A stretch of DNA of 64,000 bases from the NCBI GenBank assembly GCA_040954595.2, contig CM082598.2, forward strand, positions 4,221,837-4,285,836. Direction: 5' to 3'. A model generated the notes under the pieces. The model saw nothing but the letters and a program-made list of their open reading frames with translations, was not told the DNA's origin and did no database searches. The position numbers and the translations under genes are program-made. Source of the DNA: Balanoglossus misakiensis. Taxonomy: Eukaryota > Animalia > Hemichordata. Shown in pieces: positions 24,625 to 39,106 of this stretch. The number at the start of each line of letters is the position of its first letter. The stretch's first letter is position 1.

Positions 24625-27600
24625 CTACTCTGGGAATATATTCCGGAATGTTAGATTAATCCTCGGACCTCTGCTGTGATATTCCTTAGGAATTCGATGC
24701 TGGAAAGAAATTAAAAAGAGACATGTTTCCTCAGTTGCATTGTAGACTCAAGAGTAAAAAAAATGCCAAAATGAAAAAACTGTCTCTACCATTTATTCAG
24801 TTTTCACATTCATATCTAGAAGCGGGATGGAAGTTGTGTGTGGTTGAACGTTTATTCACTACACATACACATGTACATTAACATAAACGGTGTCTTGTAT
24901 CAAACATAATTAATGGAAAAAGGGCTGCGAGAGAGAGACTTTGTCCCCTTAACGAAACTGGCAATTTGCTAACACTGGAGTAACCTATTTTTAGCCCAGT
25001 GTTAGCAAACAGGGAAAGAACACTTGATCTGTACTGTAACTCTGCATGCGTGTATTAAAATACACCCACCTGCCAATCTGTCTGAGTTGCACCTTCCATG
25101 GTAAGCAAACTACCAGGTCGAAGTGGTATCTTCACTTGCTGTTGGTATGTGTAGTCGCCATTTTCCTCCTGCACGGGAAATAAATTCAGATAATGACCAG
25201 AACCTCATAACCAGTCAATATGTGTATAAAACCTGGCTAAACCGAACACCAAAGAAGAGATTGTTTAGTTTGCAGATGTGTTTGACTTGTAGAGGTTCTT
25301 TTACCATATATGTCGAAGGGACAGGAAAATGTGTTCGGTATAAACAGGTTTCGGATTAAACACGGTTTGGTTTGGACAGGTTTTACTGTATTCTCGTCCT
25401 TAGTCAAATTGTTTAATTAAGACTTTATCGCATGATAATTATATGGCTTATATTCAAGGTATAAATTATTCCTTTTAACTTTTGTAAGCACATTACCGTT
25501 TTGAGTCATCTTTTCAAGTAAAATTTGCCAGGTTGATTAATATAATAATGTCACTGTCTTTTGACAGAACTTTCGTTGGTCAGGTGAGTTCTCCCACTGA
25601 TATCTGCAAAATACTTCACTCATTATATCATATCTTGTTTAGAGACAGAACCAAAAGGAGAAGAAACTGAACTCTATTATACAATTGGTGATATCAGCCT
25701 GTGATCCAGAATCTGTGGGGTTCATAACAGAGTTTGTTTTCCATGTTTTTTTTCCTTCTTTGGATTTAAGAAGCCTGATTTTTGTATTTATCTGTCCACG
25801 ATGTGAAAGCCCTTTGGAAGACTGAACTTTGCCGTCATCCGTCAACGTCATAGTTGTCATGGAAACTAGAGCAATGGCAGTCCCCAGGAAGACTGAATTT
25901 AGCATTCGCCCAGCATTTGGCAGTCTTCCATTGACGACATTGTTGTCAAGGAAACAAGAGAAATAAGTCCTAATGAAGACTGAAATTTGCATTCACCAAC
26001 CCACTAAATGGTTGTCAAGAAAAATACACATACATGTATATATGTTTCTCTCCAATTCGTTAGGCTGTACGGACAGCGTTCTGCAAAGAAGTGACAGATT
26101 AATTTAACCCTTTCGCCCCCAGTTGCCTCTGGAAATTAGCTATAGTTACCATGGCAAATTGAGATCTAATCAATCACTGATTTCCAGTGGGTGGCACACG
26201 CGAAAAAAAGAGCGCCACCATACGCCAAATACACCATTTCAGCCATATTTGGGCGTAGGTAAATTGGAGGTGACTGTATACCTTTAAAGTGTCAAAGATG
26301 TCAAATGAACAACTGTATACTCACAGGGGGTGGGTTTTTCCTCATTTCAAAGTTCCGCAACTCTCCCAGACTGATGGAGGCTATGAAGGGATTTTCGCCC
26401 AGCGATTTCTCGTCATCACTGTGCCACTCAACACCGTCCTTTTCGTCTCGGTAGAAATTTCCCAACACCGAGTTAAATCGATGTCCCACTTTTTCTTCGA
26501 TGTCTTCTCTGATTGTCACCAGCAATGGATGCCACTGTGAAACAGATAACCTCGCTGTCGGTAGTGATCTCGTAAATGTATTTCATGGAGGATTCAAATT
26601 GTTAAAGGGACAAAGTCTCTCTCTCGCTGCCCTTTTTGCATTAATTATGTTTGATACAAGACACCATTTATGTGTTATTCTACATGTGGATATATAGTGA
26701 ATCAATGTTCGACCACACACAATTTCCATACCGTTTGTAGGATATGAGAGTTAAAATGTCGCCAAATGAATAAACGGTAAAGACTGATTATTCATTTATG
26801 TCTATAAGTGGGATGGAAGGTGTGTGTGGCTGAACGTTGATTCTGTCTTTTCCTGATCTCCGATACAGACTATGGTCGCCGCCATCTTGTCTGTTGTTAG
26901 GGCAGCACACTGCCTTTATGGCATTGACTGTTTTACGTGCGCAAAAGAAGGTCATTGCTCTTTAAGCAAAACATAACTATTTGAAGTGATTGTGAAATGA
27001 TATTTACCTCTGGGTTGGGCTCTAGTACCACACCAGAGTAAGAATAAGGCAAGTCGCCAAACCACGTTATCAACCTCGGCTGAAGATACCGTTCGCCCGC
27101 TACGATATAAACAAGAGAAAAATGGGTTTAATAGCAATTCAACGAGAGTTCAGTTGCACAATATGAAAAGGGGTGGTTAAAAGTTTTAAGGGAGAGATAT
27201 CAGAAATACTTCTCAGTTTCGTCTTCTCCATAAAACAACAGCAACAATGTCAAACACAGTGTCATTTCTGTTTTATATAGTTTATTTGAAGAAAGAAGAT
27301 AAAATTTACCATGTGAAAGACCATACTTCTCTTCCCAAGGTAACTCTTCTTCCAATTTGTGGAACATATGTGCTAATTCATTTTGCGGGATAAATTTTGG
27401 ATAATACCTCACCCTGGAAAATAAATGAAGAATGCCTTTTAAGTTAAAGTGTATGTTTTTCATTTTATGGAACATCAGTGTTTACCAAATGGACATTAAA
27501 GGTATATGGTCACCTATGGAAAATTAGCTATAGTTACCATGGCAAATTGAGATCTAGGCAATCACAGATTTTCAGTGGGCGGCACACAGAAAAAAAAGTG

Positions 27601-28407
27601 CCACTATATGTTCTTTAGAATGCTCAAATGCGCCTTTCAGCCATATATGGGCATATGTAAATTGGAGGCGACTGTATACCTTTAACTGAGGCAAATTAAT
27701 TAAAATTGACAAAATAATCACTGCATCTTTGCTGTTACTTACGTAGACACACCCGATGGTTCTGTACTCAGGATGTAATCAGGTTCTTCGTTTCTGAAAA
27801 TAACAAAGATTTCAAATAATGTAAAAGGCACAGTTCATCTTCATTTCTGACTCAGCCTATGCACTTCAGTTGCGAATGCATTTGGCAAGTTTCACAAGAC
27901 TAATTTCCAATTCCCCCACTATGCCCCGAGATGAGATGGGTTCGGTTTGATATTGACTGCTGTGTTAACTAATACACCCACTGCAAATCTGGTGACTGAA
28001 ATTGCAGTACATTTTATTTGAGAGATGGGCCCTCTAAGCTGCTGCACATTGAAGGCTTGGCATGGAGAAGAAGTTTACAGGAAGAAACAAACATTTTTTT
28101 TCTTGGCCTTCGCGGTGGAAAACTCAACGTACAACAATCAAACAAAAACAAAAGTAAAGTGGTCTGAAAAAAACAACAGTACTCACTCTATTTTGATGGT
28201 AGGTGGCGCTGTTTTCACCTCCCCAGGATCAACAAATGTAAATGTATTTTCCTCTGCAGTGCTTTTGCTGAATGCACCCGGGGCTGATCTCCTTGTCTGT
28301 TGTGTATCTGCTTTTCTTTCCTTCTTATGCTCGTCACTGGATCGTCTTGGAGGTGCAGCCCAGGACCCTTGGACTCGGGCTCGCCTCCGTTTATCATTGG
28401 AGCTCAT
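24625..28407 (-). CDS. ALKBH3: Alpha-ketoglutarate-dependent dioxygenase AlkB homolog 3; 7 coding exons, ~283 aa
   Basis: Exons 28187-28407, 27743-27793, 27310-27413, 27008-27099, 26325-26534, 25070-25168, 24625-24699; motifs KRRRARVQGSWA, QPRLITWFG, FNSVLGNFYRDEKDGVEWHSDDE, EENGDYTY, MEGATQTDWQHRIPKEYHSRGPRINLTFR (HxD...H...R intact). Confidence 0.95.
27500..27681. mobile_element. MITE family B (~182 bp, TTAA TSD, Kolobok-like ends)
   Basis: TTAA-AGGTATA(T/C)GGTCACC ... GG(C/T)GACTGTATACCT-TTAA; copies 26131-26283 (partial), 50290-50345 (partial), 51766-51948 (inverted), 61090-61274, 63989-end. Confidence 0.85.
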
Positions 28408-28698
28408 TGTTCACTACAGTACAGAACAGAAACGAAAATATTTCTACAAAATATTTCTACACTACAGAAGATGAGACTGCCAAACCTAGCATGTCTTACT
28501 TCAATATTAAAGTTTGCATACTGACTGAAAAGAAAGTAATTACTCTGCATCTATAGGGACAACAGAGTGTGTTATGATTCATTGTTTTTTAAATGCACAT
28601 GTATGTACATGTTTACGTATGTTAATTAGTTAGTTACGTGTAATTTGCTTGTTTGGATGTGTGTATTTTGTGAGTTAAGATAAATTAAGAGATCTTAC

Positions 28699-29119
28699 CT
28701 ACGACAAGCGACAAAGTCGACGATATCTGTGAGTTATCCTACATGTAGAGCGATATACGTGTCAACTGCGCACTCACGTTGACGAAATTCCGAGAAATTT
28801 TGATCGCTGGGTTTCCGAGGACCTGGGCGCAGACATATTGAATCGCGGTGCATTGTGGACACACTATTTACTTCCGCTGCTAAGGGGCGGCGTCCAATAC
28901 CCGGAAGTAATTACATCAGAGACCGAGTTACCTTCTCCAACTCTGTGCCTGCTGTTCTTGACTGTAAAACATGGCATCTATCAAAACAGAGTGATTACTG
29001 ACATTTCTACAGAATCTGACGTCACATTCTGCTACAGAATCAGCGAATCACAGTAAAAACAGCGCAAGAAGCCAACCGGCTTCCACTGTAGACTTGTGAC
29101 ATTGAAACTGAATCACACC
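28699..29119. promoter_or_regulatory. Probable bidirectional promoter / 5' UTRs of ALKBH3 and BORCS5
   Basis: Minus-strand donor at ~28697 (ALKBH3 non-coding exon); CpG-rich; ETS-like ACTTCCG 28870 and CCGGAAGT 28901; GGGGCGG and CCAAT at 28884-28897; ATGs only ~710 bp apart. Confidence 0.6.
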
Positions 29120-30989
29120 ATGGGAGTCGAACAGAGCACTGAAAACAGTGGCCAGCAGGACAGAAAACCGGACGCGCAGCTGCAGGATGTCCCATATACA
29201 TCATATTCGATTTCTAGGGATTCACCGCAACACACAAATCACGGTGAGTCAGGTATAGTTGATTGTTCGAGTCACAGGCCCTTACATGTAATCAACAACC
29301 CCAAACCCTGGTACTGATACCACATGAGAGGACTTCTAACAACATTAAATTGCGTGAGATACAATAGTTTAGCTCTGCGACCAGAAGGTTCTCTTGGTAA
29401 CCCATGCCTTGAAAACCTATAGGCCTGTTCTATGGGAGGAGGGAGTTCTGGCTACCACACATGTTATTTGGGGGTTTGGGATATAGAAATGAACAATAGT
29501 TTTGTCACATTGCAATGTAAGATTGCTGCCTCGAGAGCCACTGTTATTTTTGGTCGATAACCAAGAGCATGTTACTCAAGTACACCTGATGTGATTCCTG
29601 TGAATCTGAGATGAGGAATATATCCAAGTGATGGCTGCCGGCGAATTTGAGATTTTCATATAGCAAGCCAAGTGAAGGAGGGGTGTACAATAAAATAGGC
29701 ATACAAAATAATACATGTACTGTGCATGTAAACAGAATTTACTAAATGTCATAAACATAATTTTCCAGGCATGCTTTGACTGATTTTATTTCACCATAAT
29801 TTCGTCCAAGTTTATTAAATCTAGTTGGGACTTACTATGATTTTTGTTATCTTCAGGCTCACCGAAGAAAATCGAAAAGACGGCCTCCAGAAACAACTCG
29901 CCGTCAAAACAAATCTCAAAGTCACCGTCGAAGGCAAGGGAAAGCATAGTGGTCGTCCGAGAGGCACAGCGAGACTCGGACTCGCCCGATCCGGAACTCT
30001 CCAAGATGCAGGATATCCCGACATTCCTGCCCATCATGCGAGGGGCCCTGAATATTCCCAACATGGAGGATCCGAATGTTCTGGATAAGATCGACTCCAA
30101 GCTGGCTCTGGTCTTGTGTGCGAGATACCAGGAGCACTTCAAGCAGTGTGCGGAGGCGGTTGCCTTCGATCAGCACACGTTAACAACGCGAATAAAAGAG
30201 GTAGGGGGTGCAGTACAGATCAAATATTAGTTGCTGATACAGTCAAACCCCTATATAGTGGTCACCTGTATATAATATAGTGGCCACTTTAATTTGTTAC
30301 AGTCCCTGTGCAATTCACATGTGTGTTAAGTAACCTCTATATAATGGTCACGTCTCTATAAAGGCCAGTTTAGGAAAGTCCCTTGACTGGCCACTATAGA
30401 CAGGTTCGACTGTATGGATTGGGCACTGTATGAGTGTCCATCTGTTGATTGTATATGATTGGTCAATTCCTTATCAATTCACATATGAGTGTACAACAGA
30501 TGTACATGAATGCTGCGATCATTATCTATTATAAGAAAATATATAGACTTTCCAAGGTGCTGCATATTTCTGACAACTGGTTCCAGACACTGTGTTCTTT
30601 GGCAAAATAGTACAGGGAGGTGTAGTTGACATGCACACAAAAGAAATGATCAAAAATTACAGCTAATATGCCTGGAGACAAGAGTATGAAAATGTAAATT
30701 TTTGATTTGTTTTTCAAAAATTTGCAATTCATTACAGTGCGTTGTTTTTGTGTCATTACAGGTGGACCATTCCATCAACATGATTATGACCAGCATGACG
30801 GACCGTCAGAAGAAATTCGCCAAGTACGCTGAACACATACAGAAAGTGGAGGAGATGTCGGCCGTCTTGAAGAAAGTGCAGATGAGCGTGGATCAGCTGG
30901 TGCCATTGATGGACAGACTGAACAGCGTCTTGCCCGACGAGGACAGACTAGAGACTTTTAGCATGAGACCTGAGAAAAAAATCAACTAA
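29120..30989 (+). CDS. BORCS5: BLOC-1-related complex subunit 5 (myrlysin/LOH12CR1); 3 exons, ~231 aa
   Basis: Exons 29120-29243, 29857-30200, 30762-30989; MGVEQS myristoylation start, IPTFLPIMRG, LCARYQEHFKQCAEAVAFDQ, LMDRLNSVLPDEDRLETF. Confidence 0.92.
30240..30412. mobile_element. Tc1/mariner-pogo-type MITE (TA TSD)
   Basis: TA-CAGTCAAACCCCTATATAGTGGTCA ... TGGCCACTATAGACAGGTTCGACTG-TA; degenerate relatives near 18485-18650 and 25200-25390. Confidence 0.75.
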
Positions 30990-31948
30990 AAAATTGACCG
31001 CGGTGTTCATTGTTAACCCTTTCAAGCCTGGCTTTCTGGGAACGTATGCTAATTTCTCCTATATATAGGATATCGGGCCAGAAAGGGTTAACAATTGAAT
31101 TTTGCGCCTGGACTAAAATCGTAAACACAAACATTCATGACCCAGTCTGCCACACAGTTGTGTTCTCAGTAATTCTCTGTGATGCTGGTTGTTTATCGAC
31201 ATCTCGATAGGCTATAGGATTTATAGTCCCGCTTGTAGAATAGGTTTAGGATGACATCTTCACATCCAGAATTTTTCGTCAGATAGGAGACTTTAATCTT
31301 GTTGTTTTGAAACAGGAATCTGTCATTGCATATATAATACTTAAAGAACGCGATGAAATTTAACTTATTAGAGTATTTTTGTGCTTTGCCATTGTTCAGT
31401 GTTGAATAAATCAACAAAACAAGAAGACATGTGTTTTTTTGTAATTTGTGGGCGTTGTCATGTCAGATGATGAATTTTGGAGAGAAAAAAATTGTGTGTG
31501 TATGAATGTCTCAGTTACAGATTTCAAGCCAAAACCTCTGTATAAAAAAATTCATAATGACAATGTCATTATTAAGTTATTAAGTAAAAATATTATATTT
31601 ACAACTTGCATTTGCTAAAATGACAATATCAATTGGTGTAAATACTCATTTCAAATGTAAATCGTATCGAGAAGTATATGGTAGAAGACTTCTTTGATGC
31701 CAAGTAAGAAGAATATTGGCATTGTCCTCAAAACTCACAGGAAAAAAAAATTATCAAGAAAATAATGGACGGCCACAGTGCACAAATGTTGAAATTCCAA
31801 ACCTTCACATATGTAAATTCAATTTTAAATCCTCAATCAAGTCGTGTAATTATATATTTAGTAGGCATAACTGATGAAAAGGGCTATATCACGCCCTCAA
31901 CGGAATGAATTGTTCCACCTTTTGTTTTCAGGCATATCACCTCCATGG

Positions 31949-33760
31949 TCAGGTCAAACCAAAACCCTCGCTGCCGGCCAAAGCGTTGTCCATACAGTCT
32001 CTGAATGTCTCATAGTTGTCAAATTCCATTGGAATGTGCAGCAGCTGGAAACAGGTCTCTGCAATCGGCAACGTGTGGCTGTGGAACTTGATTTTGATCT
32101 TGCCGTACGACCTCGGTGGCAGAACTGGGCAGCCAGTGATGAACGCAAGAACTTTGGATAATGAAATCGAATTTTGTTCTACAGCACCTGGAATAAAATA
32201 ATTTCATAAAAGTGATGAAAAAAGTGTCACGAGAAAATTGTAATGTATGTGAGAACGTGTAAAGACGCAGGTTATTTTGGTATACACGCATTATTTCAAC
32301 AAAAATGTGATAACTTCACATACATACAGTACTTACATACGTACACATGCATACATACATACATGTCAGAAAACTGTCACTCTTGGAAAAGTACTTTGAT
32401 TCGCGTGTATTTCCCTAACGATTATGGATTTACACCTACCTCGTGCTGCATCTTGCCTGCGTTCACATTCTTGCAAATACCTCGTAAAATGCTTAGACGC
32501 TAGTTTCTTTTCGCTGGAGTCTTTCTTGTCGAATTGGACGAGTCGTGAAATATCACAGTACTTTACTACACTGTCTGCCTGCTTTGGAAATACAACGTCA
32601 CACGCTCCAGGATGTTCCTTTAAAAACTAAAGAAAAAATCTTCATGTCAGTCTTTTGTGGCTTTGTGATTTTCCACCTCTTTTCGTATTTGTTATTTGAA
32701 TATGTACGTGTCTCAGGACAACGGACACGCAAAGCGAAATACTGAAACCAAAGCCAAAAGTTACATCTAAATAAACTCTTAAAGGGGCAAAGTCTCTCTA
32801 TCTCGCTGCCCCTTTTCTATACGTTCGACCACACACAACTTCTAACCCATTTGCAGGGTATGAGAGTAAAAATCTCGCCAAAATGAAAAAAAGGGTAGAG
32901 ACCGATTATTTATTTTATTAACTGTTAGGCTTGCAGTGTTGGTATATTCTCGTGTCTACAAGTGGGTTGGAAGTTGTGTGTGATCGAACATTGATTCACT
33001 ACATATCCACATGCAGGATAACATAAACGGTGTCTTGTATCAAACATTGGTAATAGAAAAGGGGTACCGAGAGAGAGACTTTGTCCCTTTAAATGAAGGG
33101 TCGACTGTGAAAGACAGATGCCCCTTTAACTCTACTCACTTTGGCGAGCGACAGACTGTCAAACCCCTGCCTGAACTGATCGAGTTCGCGTTGTCGTTTC
33201 CTGATGATGTTGTGTAAAAGTAGTTCTTGCACAATCACGTGTTTGTTTTCGTCGTTCACAGTGGTGTTCAATATCCCAGCATCCTTCAGCATATTCACGC
33301 ATTCTTCACTCTTCCCAACGTCCTCCAAATCTCGTCCCTTGCTGTCGATTATCTGAAAAAGAACGTTTTCAGAAAGGTAAAGATCTTGAAGCATGTTCCT
33401 GGGACTAAAATCGTTGTGAAAGTACAGCAAGGCATGCGTACTTTAACAAAATAATATTTTCACTGAATGAATGAATGAATGAATGAATGAATGAATGAAT
33501 GAATGAATGAATGAATGAATGAATGAATGAATGAATGAATGAATGAATGAATGAATGAATGAATGGATGGATGGATGACCGTATGTATGGATGACCGTAT
33601 GTATGTATGTATGCATGTATGTATGTATGTATGTATGTATGTATGTATGTATGTATGTATGTATGTATGTATGTATGTATGTATGTATGTATGTATGTAT
33701 GTATGTATGTATGTATGTATGTGTGTGTGTGTGTATGTTATGTATGTATGTATGTATGTA

Positions 33761-33793
<33 letters not shown>

Positions 33794-36700
33794 ATGTATG
33801 TATGTATGTATGTATGTATGTATGTATGTATGTATGTATGTATGTATGTATGTATGTATGTATGTATGTATGAATGAATGAATGAATATGATGAATGAAT
33901 GAACGAACGAACGAATGAATGAATGAATGAATGAATGAAGGGTGAACGAACGAACGAACGTTAAGGAATTTAAGGAAGGAAAAAAGGAAGGAATTTAAGG
34001 AAGGAAGGAACGAAGGAATGAATGAATGGGCGTGTGGTTGGGTGAGAGCAAGATAGACAAAATAAGCAATGCCCGTCGCTTTAATAATTACCTTTTGAAC
34101 AACTTCGCGAATTTCCATATCTGGGATGTCACACACATCCAACACAATCTCATACTGCGAACCAGTTCGGATATAATCCTTGACCGACTGTGCTATCCCA
34201 ACAAGCCCCGGCCCTCCCCACATCACCGAATGCTGAACCATCTTGCCGGCCACTCTGAAGATCTCCTTCGAGAGCAGTACGTCGTCATGGACCAGTATTT
34301 TGTGGTCCATCTCTCCTTCAAATATCAACATGACGTCATCGTCTTCGTCGTCCTCGAGCGTCTGATACCCGGCCATTACGCCTTCCATCAATAAACTGAA
34401 AAACTCCCTCCTCGGGCCGCCGAGGTCACACGTCTGTTTGCTGTCCCGAAACTCCACCTCGGGTCTTCCGCGAAGCATTTCGTTTTTGTCACCCATGTAA
34501 TGCCCCTTGCATTGCTCCAGTATCGGTTTGCTTCTGTCTACCACGACACTCAAACCGGTTTCATCTTTGTTGATTACAGTCTCGATATAGCCTTTCAGGC
34601 GGTCTCTATCCTCACACATTCCATCTGCCGAAAGAACACCAAGTTTTTGAACGAAGGAGACAAACTTTCTCAAGCCTGAGAAAGTTTGCCCAAATATGAA
34701 AATCAAAATGGTCGCCAGTCTCTGCGAGAAGTCTATGAAAAGAAATTAAGTAATGGTTTCATGAAACCATCACATTTTCCTCTTTCTTTTCAAAGACTTT
34801 TCACACACTATATTATAGCAGAAATTAAAGGTTTGGATGACTTTAATTCATCTAAATATTCCCCTGTAACTTTGTGCTATGTTTTCAGTAATTTTGTTTT
34901 GTGTATCTACTGCAGTTTTTTGTTCAAATCCCTTAAAACATGATGAAATGTCCAGTATCCAGCTTATCAACATAACATATATGTGAATAGTGAGCATTGT
35001 TATTGTTCAATTCTAGTCCGGACTAGAATTCAGTCGTCAACAATAACAATGCACGCACACTCATGTACATTACCTGCTATGTTTACAAGCTGTCGACTTG
35101 GTATATTAAGATTTTGTTTGGAGTAGAACAAGAAACTGCATTTGGCACAAAGAACAAAAATGCTGACAATAAAGCCAAAAGATACAGCTAATGTCCCTTT
35201 AAGAAGAGGGTATCAAACATAGACCATGGAGAAAAGTCCATGTTCCAAATCAGCATTATATTTCACCTACCTATTATCACCTCAACGGACGACTCGTCTC
35301 CTTTGACGGGCGAATCGAAGCACGTAACCCTCACAGTTACCGTGTAAGTAACGTGGGCTTCCAAGCCATCGATCTTGCAGTGCGTACACTGCGCGTCCAA
35401 GTACGCATCCTCGACTTCCACGCCGTCCGGGCCCTGATGCACAACGGAGTAGGTGTCGAATTGCCCGATAGCCGGTTCCCATTTGACGGTCACGGAGTTC
35501 TTCGCTATTTCTTTGATGCGAATTCCGCCGTTGAAATAGGCACCTAGATAGCGATAGACGAAACGTGTCACTAAGCTAGAACTTCGAGTACTTTTAGCCT
35601 GTAAAACGTGAGAACCTCGATTTTTGGTAAGAACTTCGGCTACGTGTATAAATTCCTATCTAAGAACCTTGATGATGTCGGAGGGATAAATTACAATAAT
35701 TGTTAATTAATAATGAGAAATTATCATCGCATCGACTAAAAATATGACTTTAAAAACTAGAACCTCGAATATTTTTGACTTTTAAGACAGAAAATCGTAA
35801 GAACCACGATTTTTGTTAAGAACCACGGCCACGTGTATAAATTCCTATCTAAGAACCTTGATGATATCGGCCACGTATAAATTCCTATCTAAGAACCTTG
35901 ATGATATCGGCCACGTATAAATTCCTATCTAAGAACCTTGATGATATCGGCCACGTATAAATTCCTATCTAAGAACCCTACCTGTGGAAAATCGCCCCGA
36001 CGCTGCCTTGCTCCTCAAGACGACCGCGTCTTCGCAGGTAACGGCAACGACTTCGATTTCGTACTCTGTGCCCGCCGCCAGATTTCGTATGGTCAGTTCG
36101 TTCCGACTGCCGTCGACAGTTCCGGCCACTTGTCTGTCCGTGACGTCATCACGGGTACAAAGCACCTCGTAGCGATCCACATTGCTCGGGCTCTTTGGCC
36201 AACTGACGGTCAACTCCGAACAGGAGCCACCGATGACTTCGGGGATTCCCGGACGCTTCGGTCCTAAAAGCGAAAACAATATAGGATGTGTACATATTAA
36301 GCATTCAACCTGGCAGGCCTATACATGTACTTGTTTTATCTCAAATATAGAAGCACAATCGAAGCAAAAGCTAAAATTTCAAAGTCTCCCCGCTCACAGT
36401 AATACTTCCACGCATCTTACTTTTTCTTTGCGCTGCCTCAGCGATACGTGCACAAAATTCCTCCTCGTTCACATATTTCAGTTTTTCTGTCGCGGTGACG
36501 TCATCTATGTCGGCCGATGGTTTAATCTCGCGAACGAGGGTTCTGGCATCTTCGAGTATTTCTTCAATCGGTCGTTTTGGAATGTCTTCTTTCTGGTTCT
36601 TTGGAGGAGTAGACGGGGCCGTAGATGGCCGGGTCGTTCGAGGGTCCAATACTATTGGAACTGAAGGTTTGGCGTAATCCTTGGGATTGTCTGGAAGAGG

Positions 36701-37165
36701 TGAAATTCGTAGTTTGTGTTAATTTTGATCAAATGGAATAAAATTAGAGTGACCGATCGGTATTTGTTACAAAAACATAGATTTGCTTTTCTCACTTGTA
36801 TCGCTTGTTAATGCACGTCAACCTCGAACATTGAAAAACAAGTCGAGTAATTTACTTCACGGGGATGATGATTCATGTCAATGCGATCGTTACAGAGACA
36901 CACTGAAATAATGGATAAGGGGATTTCGACAACATGAAAGACAGACAGACAGTGACAGACAGACAGATTGACATATTGGCAGCAAGGGTCAAACCTCCAT
37001 TAAAAAGCCTTGAAAGTCCGAGCCGTAAGACAGAGGTCTTGGTTTTTGACTACTTGTAAGTCTATTATAAAATCATCACTCACTTTGGTTTGAATGAAAT
37101 ATATTTTCTACCAGTTGGTTGTTCCTTTCTCGTTCTACGAGGGTCTTGCTAGATGCACACCCCAT
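31949..37165 (-). CDS. Predicted N-myristoylated 2xFN3 + G2E3-like HECT E3 ubiquitin ligase (paralog 1); 8 coding exons, ~692 aa
   Basis: Exons 37084-37165, 36421-36690, 35982-36263 (FN3), 35271-35543 (FN3), 34092-34624, 33140-33352, 32440-32626, 31949-32187; phase-consistent (2079 nt). Starts MGCASSK; HECT motifs DLGGPRREFF, LDQFRQGF, VLAFITG, LPIAETCF and C-terminal GFGLT*. Confidence 0.85.
33464..34026. repeat. Compound microsatellite (GAAT)n/(GTAT)n/(GT)n in an intron
   Basis: Direct inspection; source of the spurious MYVC ORFs. Confidence 0.95.
35830..35977. repeat. 40-bp tandem repeat next to a splice donor
   Basis: ACGTATAAATTCCTATCTAAGAACCTTGATGATATCGGCC x~3.6, with a related copy at ~35640. 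Confidence 0.8.
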
Positions 37166-39106
37166 AATTCCTGGAGATGGGTTTTTACATTGTGTTCCGT
37201 GTGCAAAGAAGCCGTCGTTCTTCAATCAGAATGACACACAGAAAAGTTGCATATCTCCAGGTCGACTGTTTCTTTCGTTGTCTGTTGGGTTTACCTTCGT
37301 CAGAGCGCCATCACGTGATTCTAGGACGACCTGAAAACCAAATAAAACATAATTGATCCCATCTCATAAATGCAAGATCTTGCGAAAGTTGGTTAATTCA
37401 TTGCCATGGCAATGGTTTCTGGCCAAGTAAGTTGATCAAACTAACATTACGTTTGTTTCAATGGCATGTCTACTCAAGTATGCCTATATACATCTTGGAG
37501 TTCAAAGTCTAAGTTTCTGTATACGGCGGTTGCTGGCCTGTCGCCAAAAACCTGACAAGCATACACTGCTGGCATCGAAATTTGGTTACCTAGAAGGCAC
37601 TTGACTTTTTCCCGACATTGCGTTAATCCATTGAGCTTTACAAACTGCCCCAGTAACACGGCCACGGCATGCTGTACATCATTCCATTCAAATCGCTTGT
37701 CTACAACAAACTGGCATTGCCAACGAATACCCGTACCTGTACATGGACACTTCCGCATTCCTATACAGAACGGCACTACTGGAAGTGTTCGGTCATTGTG
37801 CATATGTAAACCAGAGATTAACAATTTTAACATCGCTCAGAAAACACGTCTTCAAATGAAACTTTCCAAATATTTTAAGAGCTGGCAGTAGTTACAAGAC
37901 ACACGTCCCAACTAAGTAAATTTTGTCACATTCAGGAATTATTTAAACGCTCGCCTGGTTACAGCCAGACACGTTAGTGACCTGCTAGTATTGACATGCA
38001 TTCGGCTACCTGTCGTCAAATAGACAGACTCACCTGGTCGGCTTTTGGACGCCGGGGAATTTGAATGCGCGAAGATTCGGATAAAACTAGTAGCTTCGTC
38101 AAGAAGTGCGTGGATAGTCTGTCCCAAATTTCGCTTCGTATATCTCGGGGTTCGCTGTCTTCAAATTTTCCGAGGCTACACAGTCAGTTCTGTATTGACA
38201 GCTGATAAGGTCGACCAGACAGCGAGGAGTGTGACGTTGGTGCAATGCGCATGTCAAAGGGCGTTGCAACAATAGCTTTTTTACATACACAGTGGACGAC
38301 CTAGTAATTCAAAAGTTCATGTGACGTCAGCGCAGAAATCATAAAGTCCTGTCATTTCCCTAATAAATTTGGATACTTCAAATGAATTCTGGAAAACATC
38401 ACCCATGAATCATGGAATTTAAATCCGAATCGGATTAGAGTTATTGGGACAGAAAAACGTCTCTCGAATCTCAGGAATCGAATTTATAACAACCAGGACA
38501 TGACCAGACACGACACGTCGTGGTAGTAACTCTTAACAATGCGTTGTTTCATTGTTGTGGCCTTTTTTATTTGTGTGCTTGTTTTGTTACCGAACTAATT
38601 CAATCAGTGGCATACGGTTCTATGGACCACTGACTCACCGCCCCGTCGTTAGAGGTCCTGGTCTGTCTTCTATCGGCGCCAAATCTGCTGGACTGGCAGA
38701 CGATAAAAAGTGGCGTGTGACAAAAGTTGTTGCGTTCTTGCAAATAACGACATCATCGTAGAGCGCTGACTTGGCCTGACTGCTGAGCTGAGAGCAGAAA
38801 CTTAAACGAAGGACAGCATTACACCCAGAAATATAAAGAAACGCGCTGATAAATCTACCGAAATAAAGCCAGCGAAACCGATCACTCCAGAAACGACACA
38901 AGGCGCAAAAGAGACCACTTAGACCACAAATTAAGACCAAATCAAAATGTCTGTTTTATTTAAGAGTAGTATGAATATTGCACACAGCTGAAATTAGCAT
39001 AACTATCATCGAATTTCTTGTTCGTCCATTGGTTGGTATTTAGTGGTGTCCTCCTATCAGCATACTATGACGTCATCTCTCAAACTTGTGTCCAAAGACT
39101 GTGTCT

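Noticed and set aside
25639-26082. Possible alternative ALKBH3 terminal exons (ORF 25639-25992; acceptor near 26081)
   Set aside because: No AlkB similarity; the true downstream exons were found at 25070-25168 and 24625-24699
33563-33881. MYVC-repeat ORFs
   Set aside because: Translations of an intronic (GTAT)n microsatellite
37474-37891. Overlapping 96-119 aa ORFs upstream of the HECT1 ATG
   Set aside because: No recognisable domain or consistent splice pattern; probably intron or 5' UTR sequence
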